Sequence record: MT446386.1
Source of the DNA: Escherichia virus TH06
Direction: 5' to 3' (one strand)
Length of the DNA: 64,000 nt
Below, in pieces: positions 17,871 to 28,882 of the stretch. Below the pieces are notes generated by a model. That model did not search any database, was not told the DNA's origin, and saw only the letters and a program-made list of their open reading frames with translations. The translations under genes and the position numbers were made by a program. Within the stretch, counting starts at the first letter, position 1; the number at the start of each line of letters is the position of its first letter.

Positions 17871-20800
17871 TCACTCCTTAGGTCGAACTCTTACACGGAG
17901 TCTCGATTGACGCTTACTGCGTTCAAGCTTCTCTGACAATGAGCCACGTTTAATCTTCGGCTTCCCTTCGTCATTAAACTTCTCCAAGAACTGCAAGTAC
18001 TCAGTACGATTGGTTGTCTTGTAAGAAGGAATCTTAATATCAGGGTTCTCTTCAATTACACGTCTCATCTTCGCTACATCATCCCTACCAAGCAACTTAC
18101 TCTTAGCCTGTTCAGCTGTAGAACCAAAGATTTTCTCCAGTGCTCTGGATTTGTTACCACCTGCGGAAGAAGCACCAAGTTTAGCAATGGCAGAGTAATC
18201 ATCAGCACTAAACCAAGCTACTGGATTATCACCATACTTCTTCTTGTTTTCAGCAGCAGTCTGCAATGCACGTACAAAGCGACGGTTGTTACCAGCCTTA
18301 TCTGCACCATGAACCCTGTCTAAAACTTCAGCCACACTAACCAACTCATCCAAGCTTTTCCCACTCAAGAAAGCTTTCTCTACTTTATCAGCAAAGACCT
18401 CTTCCTGTTGTTTAATGCTTTCCAAGATATCAGAATTTGCTTGAGATCTTTCATCATCAGGCAGAGCAGAACGAATCTTCTCCATCTCCAACTCTTCCTC
18501 TTGCAGTTTCTTAATATCAGAGTCAACCTTCTGAGCCTCCTCAATAGCCTTCCTGGTATCCGCATCCAAGTTATCAAGCTTACCTTCAGTATCTCCAGTA
18601 ACCTTAACAATCTCTTTCTCGATAGGGGTCATTGATTCATACTTCTTAGCAAACTTCTCAACATCAGCTTCGATACGAGAACGAGCATTCTGATGTTCAG
18701 TAGGAGTCATAGGCTTCTCAAGAAGTGCATAACGGTTATCCATATAGGAACCAGCAAATGCTTCAGCATCCTCTCTAGATATGCCCTTATCTTCCATAGT
18801 ACGCATCAGGCGGCGATGAATGTCATCACGTTGACGTTGTACTGCCATAAGGTCATTCTCACGCTCTTGGGCCGCTTTAAGCTCTTCACTGCGCTTAACT
18901 CTCTTGTCCACATCAAACTTACGGTTCATTTCTTCCGCTTGCTCATACATCTTGTTCCACTTGGCCTGACGAGCATCTTCCTCTGCATCAGTTAAACGAC
19001 GCTGACGATCAAGGTAATCTGACTCGGCGTTGTGGATACGTTCAATGTAACTACGGAACTTCTCTGGAGGAACTGGAGAGTTCTTGTCATGGTGAGCAGC
19101 CAACTGTTTCAATGTACGAGATTCCTGAGCCTCACGAACAGGTTTAGGTAAACCTTCCATCATCTTCTCAATCTCACTCTTCTGAGCTGCAATAGCCTCT
19201 AGAGTTTTACGTTCATTCTCAACAGCAGCCTTAGCATCTGAACGAGCCTGAGCCTTTTTCCTGAGGGTAGCAAGACGTTCTTCACGAGCCTGTAAGTGCT
19301 TAGCAGCAGCTTCGTACTGAGAGTTCTTGTTAGCTTTGTTGAAGGCATTCACTTCTCTGTTGTAGGTGTTAATAAACCCATCCCAAATATCCTTCATCTG
19401 ACCGACTTCCAAAGCCTCTTCCCTACCAGCCTTCTCTGAAGATTTAAACTTCCCATCTACAAAGTCATTCATCAGCTTACGCATAGCATCTTTCTGAGCA
19501 GGACGTAAAGGTTCTGAATCAATCAAAGCATCAATCTCAGACTGAAGCTCTTTCTTCTGGTCAACCAGTTTAGGAGCATCTTTCTTATCGAAAGCTTTGT
19601 TCTCTTCTAGAGCTTGTTGGTACAGTCTATCAAACTCATCCTCACGCTGCTTCTGATACAACCTTTCAGCACGACGTTTCAGACTATCCAAGTTAGTTAC
19701 GTTCCCACCTAAACCTTTCTCTTCAGCACGTAATGCCTTAGTGGCAATGTCTTCTGGCAGACCACGTTCTTTAACCCATTCAGCAAAATTAGTTCGTACA
19801 GTGTTGTTCTTAGCAGTAGCAATACCTTGCTGAGAGGCCAGCTGGTTACGAGCCATTTCTTCATGACGTTCAGTATTGATAGCATTATCTTCCTGACGAA
19901 TACGACGCATCAGTTCCTTAGGATCGCCTTTATAAGCCAAGAAGTTTTCAGCAGTAGCTTTAGCTTTAGCAGCCTTAGAGTACAGAGAACGAGCAAAGCG
20001 TTCTGCACGATCTTTAGTAGCCTGACGAGCAGCACTAGACATAGCAGCTAAACGTTCTACACCACTTGCCGGTTTAACGTCCTGTACAGCTTCCTTAGGA
20101 GCTTTAGGAGCACGAGCAGGTAATGGCTCAGCTTTGACTGTTGGTTCCTCTACGGTTGGTTCTGGAGCCTGTGCGGCCTCTTCTTGAGCACGTTGCTGTT
20201 CCATTGCACGACGCTCCTCTAGAGGGTTACGAGCAGGGAGAGGTTCAGCCTGTGGAGCTTGTTCGACCGGAGCTTCTTGAGCTGCTGCTGCCTCTTCTTC
20301 AGCGCGACGCTGTTCAGCCTGACGGATAGCGCGTCTTTGCGCAACTAAATCACGAGCTGTGAGAGGGGTTTCTTGAGGAGTAGAAGAAGGAAGATTTTCT
20401 TCCGTCACAGTACTAGAAGAAGGCTCCCGAACCGGTTCGGTTTCCACGTCATTTTGCGTCTTAAATTTAATGTCATCAACAACTGGTTCTTCTTCCATCT
20501 TAGCACGAGCTTCATCAGCAGTAGATTTAGCACGAGCAACTTCCAAATCACCACGAGCCAGAGAGCGGATAGCTTCACTATTAGACTCTTGTTGCTTAAC
20601 ACGTTGAGAACGGGCACGCTGAGAAGAGAAGCGATTCAGAGCATATTTAGCAGCACCGAGAGTGTTCATCACCAGACTAGGAGAAGAAGCCTCACGGAAT
20701 CCATCATCAGTCAAGGAAGTCCAACCACGATCTTGGTTGCTCATGAATTTAGCTGTATTGTTCAGAGTGTAAGCATCTTGAATAGGATTAAAACCTTCAG

Positions 20801-22292
20801 GCATACCTTTCAGTTTCTTCAACCCACCGATAGCTTTCTTCATCTCTGGAGAAACATTATCAGCCATCTTCTGTAGTTCAGTAGCTTTCTCTACAAAGTT
20901 ATTAAAATCTTCACCTTCACGAGCTTTGAATCGATTTGCTTCATTGTAGAAAGTCTTGTAAGCATCAATGAAATCACGGTCAGCTTGTGTACGATTCTTA
21001 ATATCAATCGGACTACCAGTAAAATCACCAGAAGCTCGGAGAGAAGTTAATTCACGGTCTAGGTTATCTAGAACATCTGTAAGAGCTTTCGTGTTGTCTT
21101 TGGTGTAGTCAGCCATTGCATCCTTCATAGCAACAGCCTGCTTCTGGTTGTGCTCATTATCAGCAAATGCTTTACCACGAGTCTTAGCAGGAGAAGCTAA
21201 AGGATTAAGGCCCGGAATGTTGGAATGTTCTTTCTGAACAGAAGCAGCTTTCTCAGCACGAACTTGGTCAGTATTAAGAATACGCTGAGCAGCAGGAGAA
21301 TCTACAGCAACAGCATCTGTAATACGGAATCCATTCTCATCCAGAAGGTTAAGAGCAGAAGCAGCGTTAGCAGTTTCAGCTTTAGAGTAAGCTTCTTTCA
21401 GTTCATCAATATTCTTAGCACTACGAATTAGTTCATCATCAGCAGCAATATCAGTCTTCGCATACTCTGGAGTATTCTTGAAGACAGCAGAATCCGGACG
21501 GCTAATCAAACCATGAACCCCACCAACTGCACCACCGAATGCAGCACCCATAGCACCTTCTTCGATAGCACCTTCTAATACATTGGCAAAGGTTGTGTCA
21601 TCTCCGTGCTTATTCTGAGCTTCAGCAGCACCCACAAGAGCACCACCTTTAGCACCAGCCACTGCGTTACTAGCAACGTTCTGACCAATACGTCCAAGTG
21701 TGGACTCAGCTGTACCGACAGCACCTGGAAGGATTCTCTGAGCCGCATAGTTAGCACCACCAACTAAGGCTGCATCTAGAATAGACTTATCTTCTCCCTC
21801 TTCAGGGGTTTGGTCTGCATATGCACGACCTGTCTCACGACCTGCGATGATAGCAGCAGCAGCCAATGGGTTAGCAACTGTCAAACCGATATCACCAGCA
21901 ACGCCAGCATACTGACCGACAGTTTTACCAATCCCATCCTCAATCTTATCCATACGTTCTTTCAGAAGGTTCTGAGAGTTCTCTTGGATACGCTTACCAT
22001 AACTAGTTTGTGCTCCAGCTAGATTCTCACCAATCTCAACTAAACCACCAATACCTTTAGCAGCACTAGCTGCAATATTTGCACCACCAGATTGAAGAGC
22101 ATTTGACACACCTTGAGCAAACTCACCTATAGCACCACGTTCTTCTTGTTGTGGTTGTGCTACTGGTTGTTCCTCAGGAATAGAGCCACCTGCTGCCTTA
22201 TATTGTTCTCTCATTTGAGCTTGTTGCTCCGGAGAGGCATTCAGATACGCAGGAGCTTTGGAAGCTTCTTCCCACGGTTTAATGTTAGCCAT
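17871..22292 (-). CDS. large virion protein (1473 aa), coiled-coil and Ala/Glu-rich; internal virion/ejection protein or tape-measure-like
   Basis: Start moved to MANIKPW (ATG at 22292) 6 nt after GGAGACG; last gene of the late block. Confidence 0.5.
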   Translation of the reverse strand: MANIKPWEEASKAPAYLNASPEQQAQMREQYKAAGGSIPEEQPVAQPQQEERGAIGEFAQGVSNALQSGGANIAASAAKGIGGLVEIGENLAGAQTSYGKRIQENSQNLLKERMDKIEDGIGKTVGQYAGVAGDIGLTVANPLAAAAIIAGRETGRAYADQTPEEGEDKSILDAALVGGANYAAQRILPGAVGTAESTLGRIGQNVASNAVAGAKGGALVGAAEAQNKHGDDTTFANVLEGAIEEGAMGAAFGGAVGGVHGLISRPDSAVFKNTPEYAKTDIAADDELIRSAKNIDELKEAYSKAETANAASALNLLDENGFRITDAVAVDSPAAQRILNTDQVRAEKAASVQKEHSNIPGLNPLASPAKTRGKAFADNEHNQKQAVAMKDAMADYTKDNTKALTDVLDNLDRELTSLRASGDFTGSPIDIKNRTQADRDFIDAYKTFYNEANRFKAREGEDFNNFVEKATELQKMADNVSPEMKKAIGGLKKLKGMPEGFNPIQDAYTLNNTAKFMSNQDRGWTSLTDDGFREASSPSLVMNTLGAAKYALNRFSSQRARSQRVKQQESNSEAIRSLARGDLEVARAKSTADEARAKMEEEPVVDDIKFKTQNDVETEPVREPSSSTVTEENLPSSTPQETPLTARDLVAQRRAIRQAEQRRAEEEAAAAQEAPVEQAPQAEPLPARNPLEERRAMEQQRAQEEAAQAPEPTVEEPTVKAEPLPARAPKAPKEAVQDVKPASGVERLAAMSSAARQATKDRAERFARSLYSKAAKAKATAENFLAYKGDPKELMRRIRQEDNAINTERHEEMARNQLASQQGIATAKNNTVRTNFAEWVKERGLPEDIATKALRAEEKGLGGNVTNLDSLKRRAERLYQKQREDEFDRLYQQALEENKAFDKKDAPKLVDQKKELQSEIDALIDSEPLRPAQKDAMRKLMNDFVDGKFKSSEKAGREEALEVGQMKDIWDGFINTYNREVNAFNKANKNSQYEAAAKHLQAREERLATLRKKAQARSDAKAAVENERKTLEAIAAQKSEIEKMMEGLPKPVREAQESRTLKQLAAHHDKNSPVPPEKFRSYIERIHNAESDYLDRQRRLTDAEEDARQAKWNKMYEQAEEMNRKFDVDKRVKRSEELKAAQERENDLMAVQRQRDDIHRRLMRTMEDKGISREDAEAFAGSYMDNRYALLEKPMTPTEHQNARSRIEADVEKFAKKYESMTPIEKEIVKVTGDTEGKLDNLDADTRKAIEEAQKVDSDIKKLQEEELEMEKIRSALPDDERSQANSDILESIKQQEEVFADKVEKAFLSGKSLDELVSVAEVLDRVHGADKAGNNRRFVRALQTAAENKKKYGDNPVAWFSADDYSAIAKLGASSAGGNKSRALEKIFGSTAEQAKSKLLGRDDVAKMRRVIEENPDIKIPSYKTTNRTEYLQFLEKFNDEGKPKIKRGSLSEKLERSKRQSRLRVRVRPKE

Positions 22293-22330
22293 AACGTCTC
22301 CTTTTATAAATAAAAATGTCCTACCCCCTA

Positions 22331-22339
22331 TATACATTA
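22331..22339 (-). promoter_or_regulatory. TAATGTATA element (minus strand)
   Basis: Plus-strand TATACATTA, about 39 nt upstream of start codon at 22292. Confidence 0.4.
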
Positions 22340-22359
22340 TAGAAGGCAGGACTTAGGTC

Positions 22360-24009
22360 TTATTGAGTAAACCAGCTAGTGTCTTCGACAGCTGATAAAG
22401 CACCATTAAGCTTAGGATTGGTTGCTGCACCACCAACTGCTTCTTCTGCTTGTTCAGAGAAAACACCTAGAGGGTCATAGAAACCACCAGAAGGGATTGC
22501 ACGGTTAACCAATGCAGTAGCTCTCTTCTTATCCATACCAGAACCGATGTAAGCTTCAATCGTAGCTCTCTTAGCATCAGCAACACCTTTCATTGCAGAG
22601 GTGTGACCAACGTTAGCTTGCTTACGAGCATAAGCAAGAGCAGAGTCAGTAGGACGCCATCCAGATTTCAGTGCAAACTTGTTGCCAACACGAACGAAGA
22701 TTGATGGGTCTTCTGCAAAGTGCCCTAAGTCTTCTTCGGTAAGAGAACGAGTAGCACCGATTTCAGCCCTTGCGGAGTTCATGATAGCCTGCATGTAAGC
22801 AGAACGAGCTGTCTGATAGTCTTTATCCTTAACAGCCTTATCAGCCAAATCCAAGTCTTTGTTAGACTGGTTAAACAGGCCACCTTTCTCTGCCCACTGC
22901 TTAGCAACCGTACCTTCAGCTGTGTTCTGAGCAAGACGAACTTCTTTCGGGTTAAAGTTAAAACTCTGAGCAGCTTGCTCAGCACGTTCAGCCTTAACCT
23001 TATCACGATAACCAATCAACTCTTTCTGACGTTCAAAGTTCATGTTAGCCCTTTCTTCAGCGGCACGACGAGTTTCATCAGCACGCTCACGCATAGTTTG
23101 CTCTTGAATCTGTTGACGTCTATCCCATTCAGCATTTTGTCGTTCTTCACGAGCAGCATACAGTGCTTCTTTCTGAGCAGGGTCTACAGCTCTCATCTTC
23201 AGTAGAGATGGGTCTCCGTTAGCAATAGCAGCTGCGATCGAGTCTTGAGAGAAGCCTTGTTCAATCAGAGCATCACGGTTAGCTTCAAGTTGCTTCTTAG
23301 TCTCATCTTGATTAGCCATTCCCTGACCAATCTGGAAAGCTTCAATAGGAGACTTACCTGACATAATGGAAAGACCTACACCCATCAAACCTGTGTAGAA
23401 ACTAGAGTTCTGATAGAATGGTTCTTTCTGTAGTTTGTTCCAAGCTTCCGAAGGGTCTTTAGCTTTCGCAACTTGCAAGATATCGTTGTTAACACGTTCC
23501 TGATCTTTAGCACGAGTAGCAGCAGTCATTCCATCACCAGCGTCTTGTCCTTGAGCAAGAGTATTAATCACACCTTGTGCCTGTTCAACCTGAGAAGGAG
23601 TAAACTCCATAGGACCAGCTTCTAACGGTTTAGTAGGAGGTGTTACCGGAAGAGGTTCTGATTCTGGAGGAATAGAAGAAGGAGAAAGTCCAGCAGCTTG
23701 CATGGTTTCTTGATTCTCAAACTCAGGAAGAGTTACATCCTGTTGTGCTTGAGGTTGTACATCATTTGGGATATCAGAAGGAAGACCATTACTCTGAACA
23801 GGATTCAACATATTCTGATAATCTACTGAAGTTTGACCTACAAGAGAGGAAAGCCCAGCAGGTATAGCAGGACGTTGATACATAGAAATATCTGCTGTCT
23901 GAGTTGGTCTAGCCATATAAGGAGAGGCCGAAGCCGCTCCCGGATTAACACCATAGAAAGTATTTCTCGGGTCACGACTTCTGACCTGAGCGTAAGTTGT
24001 CTGTTGCAT
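22360..24009 (-). CDS. virion structural protein (549 aa)
   Basis: Track ORF in late block with RBS GGAGATAAAT. Confidence 0.45.
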   Translation of the reverse strand: MQQTTYAQVRSRDPRNTFYGVNPGAASASPYMARPTQTADISMYQRPAIPAGLSSLVGQTSVDYQNMLNPVQSNGLPSDIPNDVQPQAQQDVTLPEFENQETMQAAGLSPSSIPPESEPLPVTPPTKPLEAGPMEFTPSQVEQAQGVINTLAQGQDAGDGMTAATRAKDQERVNNDILQVAKAKDPSEAWNKLQKEPFYQNSSFYTGLMGVGLSIMSGKSPIEAFQIGQGMANQDETKKQLEANRDALIEQGFSQDSIAAAIANGDPSLLKMRAVDPAQKEALYAAREERQNAEWDRRQQIQEQTMRERADETRRAAEERANMNFERQKELIGYRDKVKAERAEQAAQSFNFNPKEVRLAQNTAEGTVAKQWAEKGGLFNQSNKDLDLADKAVKDKDYQTARSAYMQAIMNSARAEIGATRSLTEEDLGHFAEDPSIFVRVGNKFALKSGWRPTDSALAYARKQANVGHTSAMKGVADAKRATIEAYIGSGMDKKRATALVNRAIPSGGFYDPLGVFSEQAEEAVGGAATNPKLNGALSAVEDTSWFTQ

Positions 24010-24022
24010 ATTTATCTCCTAA

Positions 24023-24991
24023 TTAAGTACTAGCCAACCCACCGATTACACCCCCAGCTAATGCACCCCAAGGCCCAAAGGAAGAGCCAGCTGCTGCACC
24101 ACTCATAGCTCCACCAAGGAAACCACCTTTGCCACCAGATGTTTTAGTAGTTGTAGTTTGTCCGAGAGCACCGTTAAGTACACCTGCTGCACCGAGTTGG
24201 TTATTGATATCTTGCCATCCCCAATTAGCTGCGTTCTGAGCATTCTGGTAGGCATTATCATATTCATTCTGTTGTTGCTGTTGTTGCTGCAACCCTGCAT
24301 TCCATTGATTCATTATTTGCTGTTGAGACAAATTAGCACCCTGCTGACCTAGGTTAGAAAGGTTAGAACCAATATTAGAAAGACCAGAGAGAGCAGCTGC
24401 CTGATTCTGTCGATTACCAGAGAGGATGCTTTCAGCTTGGCTAATAGCCGAGTTATAGGCACTATTGGTAATATCTGTTGCTTGGCCTTGCATCTGATTC
24501 AGAGCATCACCTTGGGCAAAAGATTTAGCCATACGAGCACCTGAACCTTGTTGACCAGCAAACTGTTGAGCTAACTGAGGAAGAGCATTACGTGCCAAGT
24601 TCTGTTGAACCTGTTCATTATTAGCTGTAATGGCTGCTTGCACAGCGTCATCATCATACAGTTGACCAGCGAGAGCACCAATCTGTTCTCCAGTAATCCC
24701 ACCTTGTCCAGAGAGGCTCTGATAGCCTTTATAGGCATTATCTAGATAACCCAAGCCTTGACCTGCTGCATCCATGTATTGCTGTGAGAGAGTGCCCAAA
24801 GCGCCAGATTGTGCTAGGTTGTTAAGTGCCTCTGTCTGATTATTATTAAACCCTACATTATCTCGATAAACATAATCCCCTGAACTAGTATTACCGATCT
24901 GCTGGTTAAGCTGGTCAATATACTGTTGAATGTATTCAGGGCGAATCATTTGGGAAGTAGTTTTACTACCCCCGCCTCCGAAAAGTCCCAT
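24023..24991 (-). CDS. Q/N/G-rich low-complexity virion protein (322 aa)
   Basis: Compositionally similar to the next ORF; RBS AGGAG. Confidence 0.45.
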   Translation of the reverse strand: MGLFGGGGSKTTSQMIRPEYIQQYIDQLNQQIGNTSSGDYVYRDNVGFNNNQTEALNNLAQSGALGTLSQQYMDAAGQGLGYLDNAYKGYQSLSGQGGITGEQIGALAGQLYDDDAVQAAITANNEQVQQNLARNALPQLAQQFAGQQGSGARMAKSFAQGDALNQMQGQATDITNSAYNSAISQAESILSGNRQNQAAALSGLSNIGSNLSNLGQQGANLSQQQIMNQWNAGLQQQQQQQNEYDNAYQNAQNAANWGWQDINNQLGAAGVLNGALGQTTTTKTSGGKGGFLGGAMSGAAAGSSFGPWGALAGGVIGGLAST

Positions 24992-25003
24992 ATCAAATCT
25001 CCT

Positions 25004-26056
25004 TTAGTTTGCTCCAAATGCCCCTAAGACACCACCTAAGATATTACTACCTGCTGTGGATAACCAGTTAGACTGACCTCTCTGTTGAGAAAGATTAGAA
25101 CCTCCAATCATAGGTCCAGCCATTCCAGATTGCCCACCTGAGTTGTTATAGGAACTCCAAGCATTCTGAGTCTGTTGATTAGGAGAGAAAGCACCCATAC
25201 GACCTGCAATACCTAAACCAGTGATACCAGCACCTAGGAGCTGTTGTCCAGTATTAACACCCGGAGCAGCATTCTTAATTGTATACCCAGCCATTGGGCT
25301 TACACTATTTAATACATTAAGTTGGTTGTTAAGCTGATTCCACCCATACTGCTGAGAGCCAATAGCGTTCTGCCAATTAATATCAGCTTGAGCTTGGGCT
25401 TGTTGCTGTTGTAGATTACCAGCCATGAGTTGATTCTGGATAGCTTGTTGAGTTGCCTGAACACCTTGAGCACCTAGGTTGAGATTCTGTCCAGCCAATC
25501 CTGACTGAGCACCAAGTAAACCTCTCTGGAAGTTTTGGTCTTGTTGAAGAGCACTGATTCCCATATTCTTGCCACTGATAGTACGAGCTAAGTTTGTATT
25601 AGCACTGTTCAGAGCAGCACCTTGAGCAGCAGCTCTACGGAGAGAGCCTGAATCAGAACCATTTCCGAGGGATACATTGGAAGCTGCCTTACTAGTCGCT
25701 TGAGCAAGAGCTGAGTTATTCAATCCTTTACTAAAGTTATTAACACCATCAGCAGTTAGACCACCACCATTGACAATATTCTGATACTGCTGTGCAAGAG
25801 AGTTTAATTGGTCCAACCCTTGCTGTGTACGAGGCGTGTACATATCAGCCAATTGCTTCTGAGTAGTAGAAGCTGCTAAGTTGTTCAGAGCACCCTGTTG
25901 GTTGCCATTAAACCCAGCCAGTTGTTGGGAGATGAATCCCGGATCGTTGTTCTGCATATTCTGAGCATTAGCAACAATCTGCTTCAGCAGGGCATCAACC
26001 TGAGAGGAAGGGGCCACTGTGGTTTTGCTAGAAGCTGATTTTCCAAATAAAGACAT
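25004..26056 (-). CDS. Q/N/G-rich low-complexity virion protein (350 aa)
   Basis: Paralog-like to ORF 24023-24991. Confidence 0.45.
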   Translation of the reverse strand: MSLFGKSASSKTTVAPSSQVDALLKQIVANAQNMQNNDPGFISQQLAGFNGNQQGALNNLAASTTQKQLADMYTPRTQQGLDQLNSLAQQYQNIVNGGGLTADGVNNFSKGLNNSALAQATSKAASNVSLGNGSDSGSLRRAAAQGAALNSANTNLARTISGKNMGISALQQDQNFQRGLLGAQSGLAGQNLNLGAQGVQATQQAIQNQLMAGNLQQQQAQAQADINWQNAIGSQQYGWNQLNNQLNVLNSVSPMAGYTIKNAAPGVNTGQQLLGAGITGLGIAGRMGAFSPNQQTQNAWSSYNNSGGQSGMAGPMIGGSNLSQQRGQSNWLSTAGSNILGGVLGAFGAN

Positions 26057-26075
26057 AAGTCCTCCTTAAAGATTA

Positions 26076-26858
26076 TTACTTTACACCAATGCTAGCCAGA
26101 CGTCTGAGCACTGCTTGTGTTTGTGGACTGTACTGAGAACCTGCTGCATGTGGTGCACTTGCCCTCTGAACTGTTTGAGAAGTGGGAGGTTTACCAGCAA
26201 GCATAGCAGCTACCCCTAATACTGCATTACCAAAGTTCTGTTGAGGTTTCTGATTTTCGCCTTCCTGCACTTCATCAGAGTAAAACTCTACTGGATTTCC
26301 ACCTAAAGCACCTGTCTTAGAAGCAGCAATCTCTGCCTGAGTTGGAGCTTGTGCGGCCTTCTCTCTATCTAACAAGTCAGGACTAAACTGATTGACTGGT
26401 TGAACAGCTTGCAAAGCTCCAACAGGGTTAGCAATCTGAGAAGCTGCATCACCATAGAAAGGAAGAAAGTGTTTGTTGTTCATTGAGTCAAGGGCTTGAG
26501 GTGTAAATCCCTTTTTACCAGCGAACATTTGCTTAGCACCACCGATACCTTCTGAGTAACCAACCATTGCTTTCTTAACATCACCATTAAAAGCCTTTAA
26601 GTTATCTCTAATATAACGAGCACCCATATCAATATTCTTTGCTGGGTCAAGTCTGTCTTCTAGTTTGTAACCGTAATCTTTAGCCAACCCTTTACTAATC
26701 TGCATTAAACCTACAGGACCAGTTCCAGAAGCCACTGTAGGACGACCACTAGACTCTCTTTGGATTACAGCATGAATCAAAGCAGCAGGAATCCCATACT
26801 TCTTTGAAGCCTGTTGAACCATTGGGTCTAGTTCTTCAATACCCATTCTAATTGACAT
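26076..26858 (-). CDS. lytic transglycosylase (SLT domain), virion-associated
   Basis: QRESSGRP...ASGTGPVGLMQIS matches the SLT catalytic region (E-S...GLMQ). Confidence 0.65.
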   Translation of the reverse strand: MSIRMGIEELDPMVQQASKKYGIPAALIHAVIQRESSGRPTVASGTGPVGLMQISKGLAKDYGYKLEDRLDPAKNIDMGARYIRDNLKAFNGDVKKAMVGYSEGIGGAKQMFAGKKGFTPQALDSMNNKHFLPFYGDAASQIANPVGALQAVQPVNQFSPDLLDREKAAQAPTQAEIAASKTGALGGNPVEFYSDEVQEGENQKPQQNFGNAVLGVAAMLAGKPPTSQTVQRASAPHAAGSQYSPQTQAVLRRLASIGVK

Positions 26859-26867
26859 AATAACTCC

Positions 26868-27902
26868 TTATTGTATACTCCTGAATATTTTCCTAGCATC
26901 TAATATCGGAATGCTTAATCCGAGAGCACCACCCCCTCCTAAATCGTATTGGTCACTCCAAGAGTAAATCATCCTACCGAAACCTGTGCTGAAAGAAGAG
27001 CCATTCATCATGTGAGATCTTGTGTGTTGAAAATACCAACCACTAGTCCTGCCTCTTATTGCTCCGGCTCCGTAAGATAGTGGTATCATTGGATAGGCCA
27101 GAGATGTGTTACCACCACTCATAGGCATAAATCCCTCAACACTAAAAGGGGTTCTATATGTAGAAAATACACACTGATACCCATTTGGAGAAAAGATATT
27201 TAAACCTCCATTATGAGTCGGTACTCCAGAACCATCACAGAAGACGGCAATTCTAACACCGCCAATGGATCCTGTTTGGTTTGTGTTACCATTATCATGA
27301 GACCTGTTCTGGTACACATAAACAACCCTATTGGATGGATTGTATAGAAGCCCTGCTCCTCCGTTACTCCAATTTGCGTAGACAGTTGCTCGGCTCATAT
27401 CAAAACCACCAATATCTGGTATTTGAAGAGAACCATTTATGTCACCTTCCCAAGCCCAAATACATTGACCAACAACTCCAGAATCAGAGATTGAGAAATA
27501 GTCAGCAGAGTTGGAGAATGTGATTCCATAGTTCCTATTAGCTCTAGGCCATATTTGATACACATTAAAAGCCATATCAAATATCCAACCGTTTACGTTA
27601 TAGTCCATAGTAACTCTGAAGGTTGAGTTATTAATAACAGATATGTCAGTTATCCAATATACATCAGATGTTAAATTGGGAGGTATGTATCTCTCCCAAA
27701 CAACAGACCCTGTTGGAACTATAACTATCTGACCACTACCATCCCAACCACTTATAGGCAAGTCACAGGTATTTCCACTAAAAGAGAAATTCCCACTGAC
27801 CCTATTTCTGAGTTGAGGGAATGTGCTACCACTATCAATATAAATATCAGCAGGGGCCGCTGGACCCGGACCAACCGGGCGTGTCCATATTCCATATGCC
27901 AT
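26868..27902 (-). CDS. virion structural protein (344 aa)
   Basis: Track ORF in late block. Confidence 0.4.
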   Translation of the reverse strand: MAYGIWTRPVGPGPAAPADIYIDSGSTFPQLRNRVSGNFSFSGNTCDLPISGWDGSGQIVIVPTGSVVWERYIPPNLTSDVYWITDISVINNSTFRVTMDYNVNGWIFDMAFNVYQIWPRANRNYGITFSNSADYFSISDSGVVGQCIWAWEGDINGSLQIPDIGGFDMSRATVYANWSNGGAGLLYNPSNRVVYVYQNRSHDNGNTNQTGSIGGVRIAVFCDGSGVPTHNGGLNIFSPNGYQCVFSTYRTPFSVEGFMPMSGGNTSLAYPMIPLSYGAGAIRGRTSGWYFQHTRSHMMNGSSFSTGFGRMIYSWSDQYDLGGGGALGLSIPILDARKIFRSIQ

Positions 27903-27903
27903 G

Positions 27904-28872
27904 TTACCAACTCCCTATTCTTATGCGAAGAGTTCCACTCCCATCATAAAAATCTATTCTATTACCATTCATCCACAACTGAGAACCACCTGTACCACCC
28001 ATAACAAAATCACCACCAACAGTAAGTCTCCAGTTAGAACCCCACATAGAGCCAGCAGTAATCTTATCCGCTGACAAGTTCTGAATCTGAGCATTGGAGA
28101 TGGATACGTTATCGATCTGTGCCCATTGGATTCTAGCGTTAGCAATCTGAGCTGTTGTGATATTGACATTCTTTATATCAGCAAATTCCATCCTAGCTCG
28201 CCCACCCTCAAACACGAAGGGAGTATTCCCAGAGCTACCATCACCAACAATAAATTTGTTAGCTGTTACTTGGAATTGACTGTTTGTACCATTATTAGTT
28301 AACTTGACCCCAGCATATCTTCCGTTGACTGTAGAGTTAATACCCCACGTAGCTTCATACTCAGAGAGTTTCATATACTGAGAAAGGCTTCCGTTGATAT
28401 TTTGTAGTTCTGTCTGAACAAGAGCAATCTCTTGACCTTGATCGTTAACAATACCTTCTACTGTCTGAATTTTAGTTGTGTTACCTTCGATGCTGGTCTT
28501 AAAACCAGATACAGTGCTTTCTAGCTTCACAGGGGGTTGAACAGAATTATCCCAAATGTCCTCAGTGGACAGGTTCCCCATCTGGGTTTGGATATCTGCA
28601 ATAGCTGTTTCTATCTCTGTAGTAATTCTATTCTCAAGCTCATCAAATTGTAGATTCATTGCATTAAGAGCTTTAATACGAACATCAATCTCTTCGTGAA
28701 TTTCATCTATAGCTTGGAACATTTGGTTAGTAGCTGTGCTAACTTTTTGTAATTCATCATACACGGCTACGTTATATGTTTCTGTGTCCTGTACATTATT
28801 GAGAAACCCAACGTTGTACGGGAGTGTGGTGTTATTGCGACCAGTGTTCTTACGAAAACCACCTGCACCCAT
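27904..28872 (-). CDS. tail fiber-like protein (322 aa)
   Basis: Start moved to MGAGGFRK after GGAGG; N-terminal coiled coil and C-terminal repetitive N/I/Q-rich region. Confidence 0.4.
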   Translation of the reverse strand: MGAGGFRKNTGRNNTTLPYNVGFLNNVQDTETYNVAVYDELQKVSTATNQMFQAIDEIHEEIDVRIKALNAMNLQFDELENRITTEIETAIADIQTQMGNLSTEDIWDNSVQPPVKLESTVSGFKTSIEGNTTKIQTVEGIVNDQGQEIALVQTELQNINGSLSQYMKLSEYEATWGINSTVNGRYAGVKLTNNGTNSQFQVTANKFIVGDGSSGNTPFVFEGGRARMEFADIKNVNITTAQIANARIQWAQIDNVSISNAQIQNLSADKITAGSMWGSNWRLTVGGDFVMGGTGGSQLWMNGNRIDFYDGSGTLRIRIGSW

Positions 28873-28882
28873 AAGTTCCTCC

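Noticed and set aside
17871-22292. Calling the 1473-aa protein a tape measure protein
   Set aside because: No tail tube, sheath or assembly chaperone frameshift pair nearby; composition fits an internal virion/ejection protein equally well, so the call is left generic.
18380-22313. Plus-strand ORFs (18408, 18693, 19827, 20141, 20373, 21225, 21810, 22113 and others) inside the 1473-aa minus-strand gene
   Set aside because: They lie antisense within a long, well-supported coding region and have low-complexity, stop-avoiding composition; treated as shadow ORFs.
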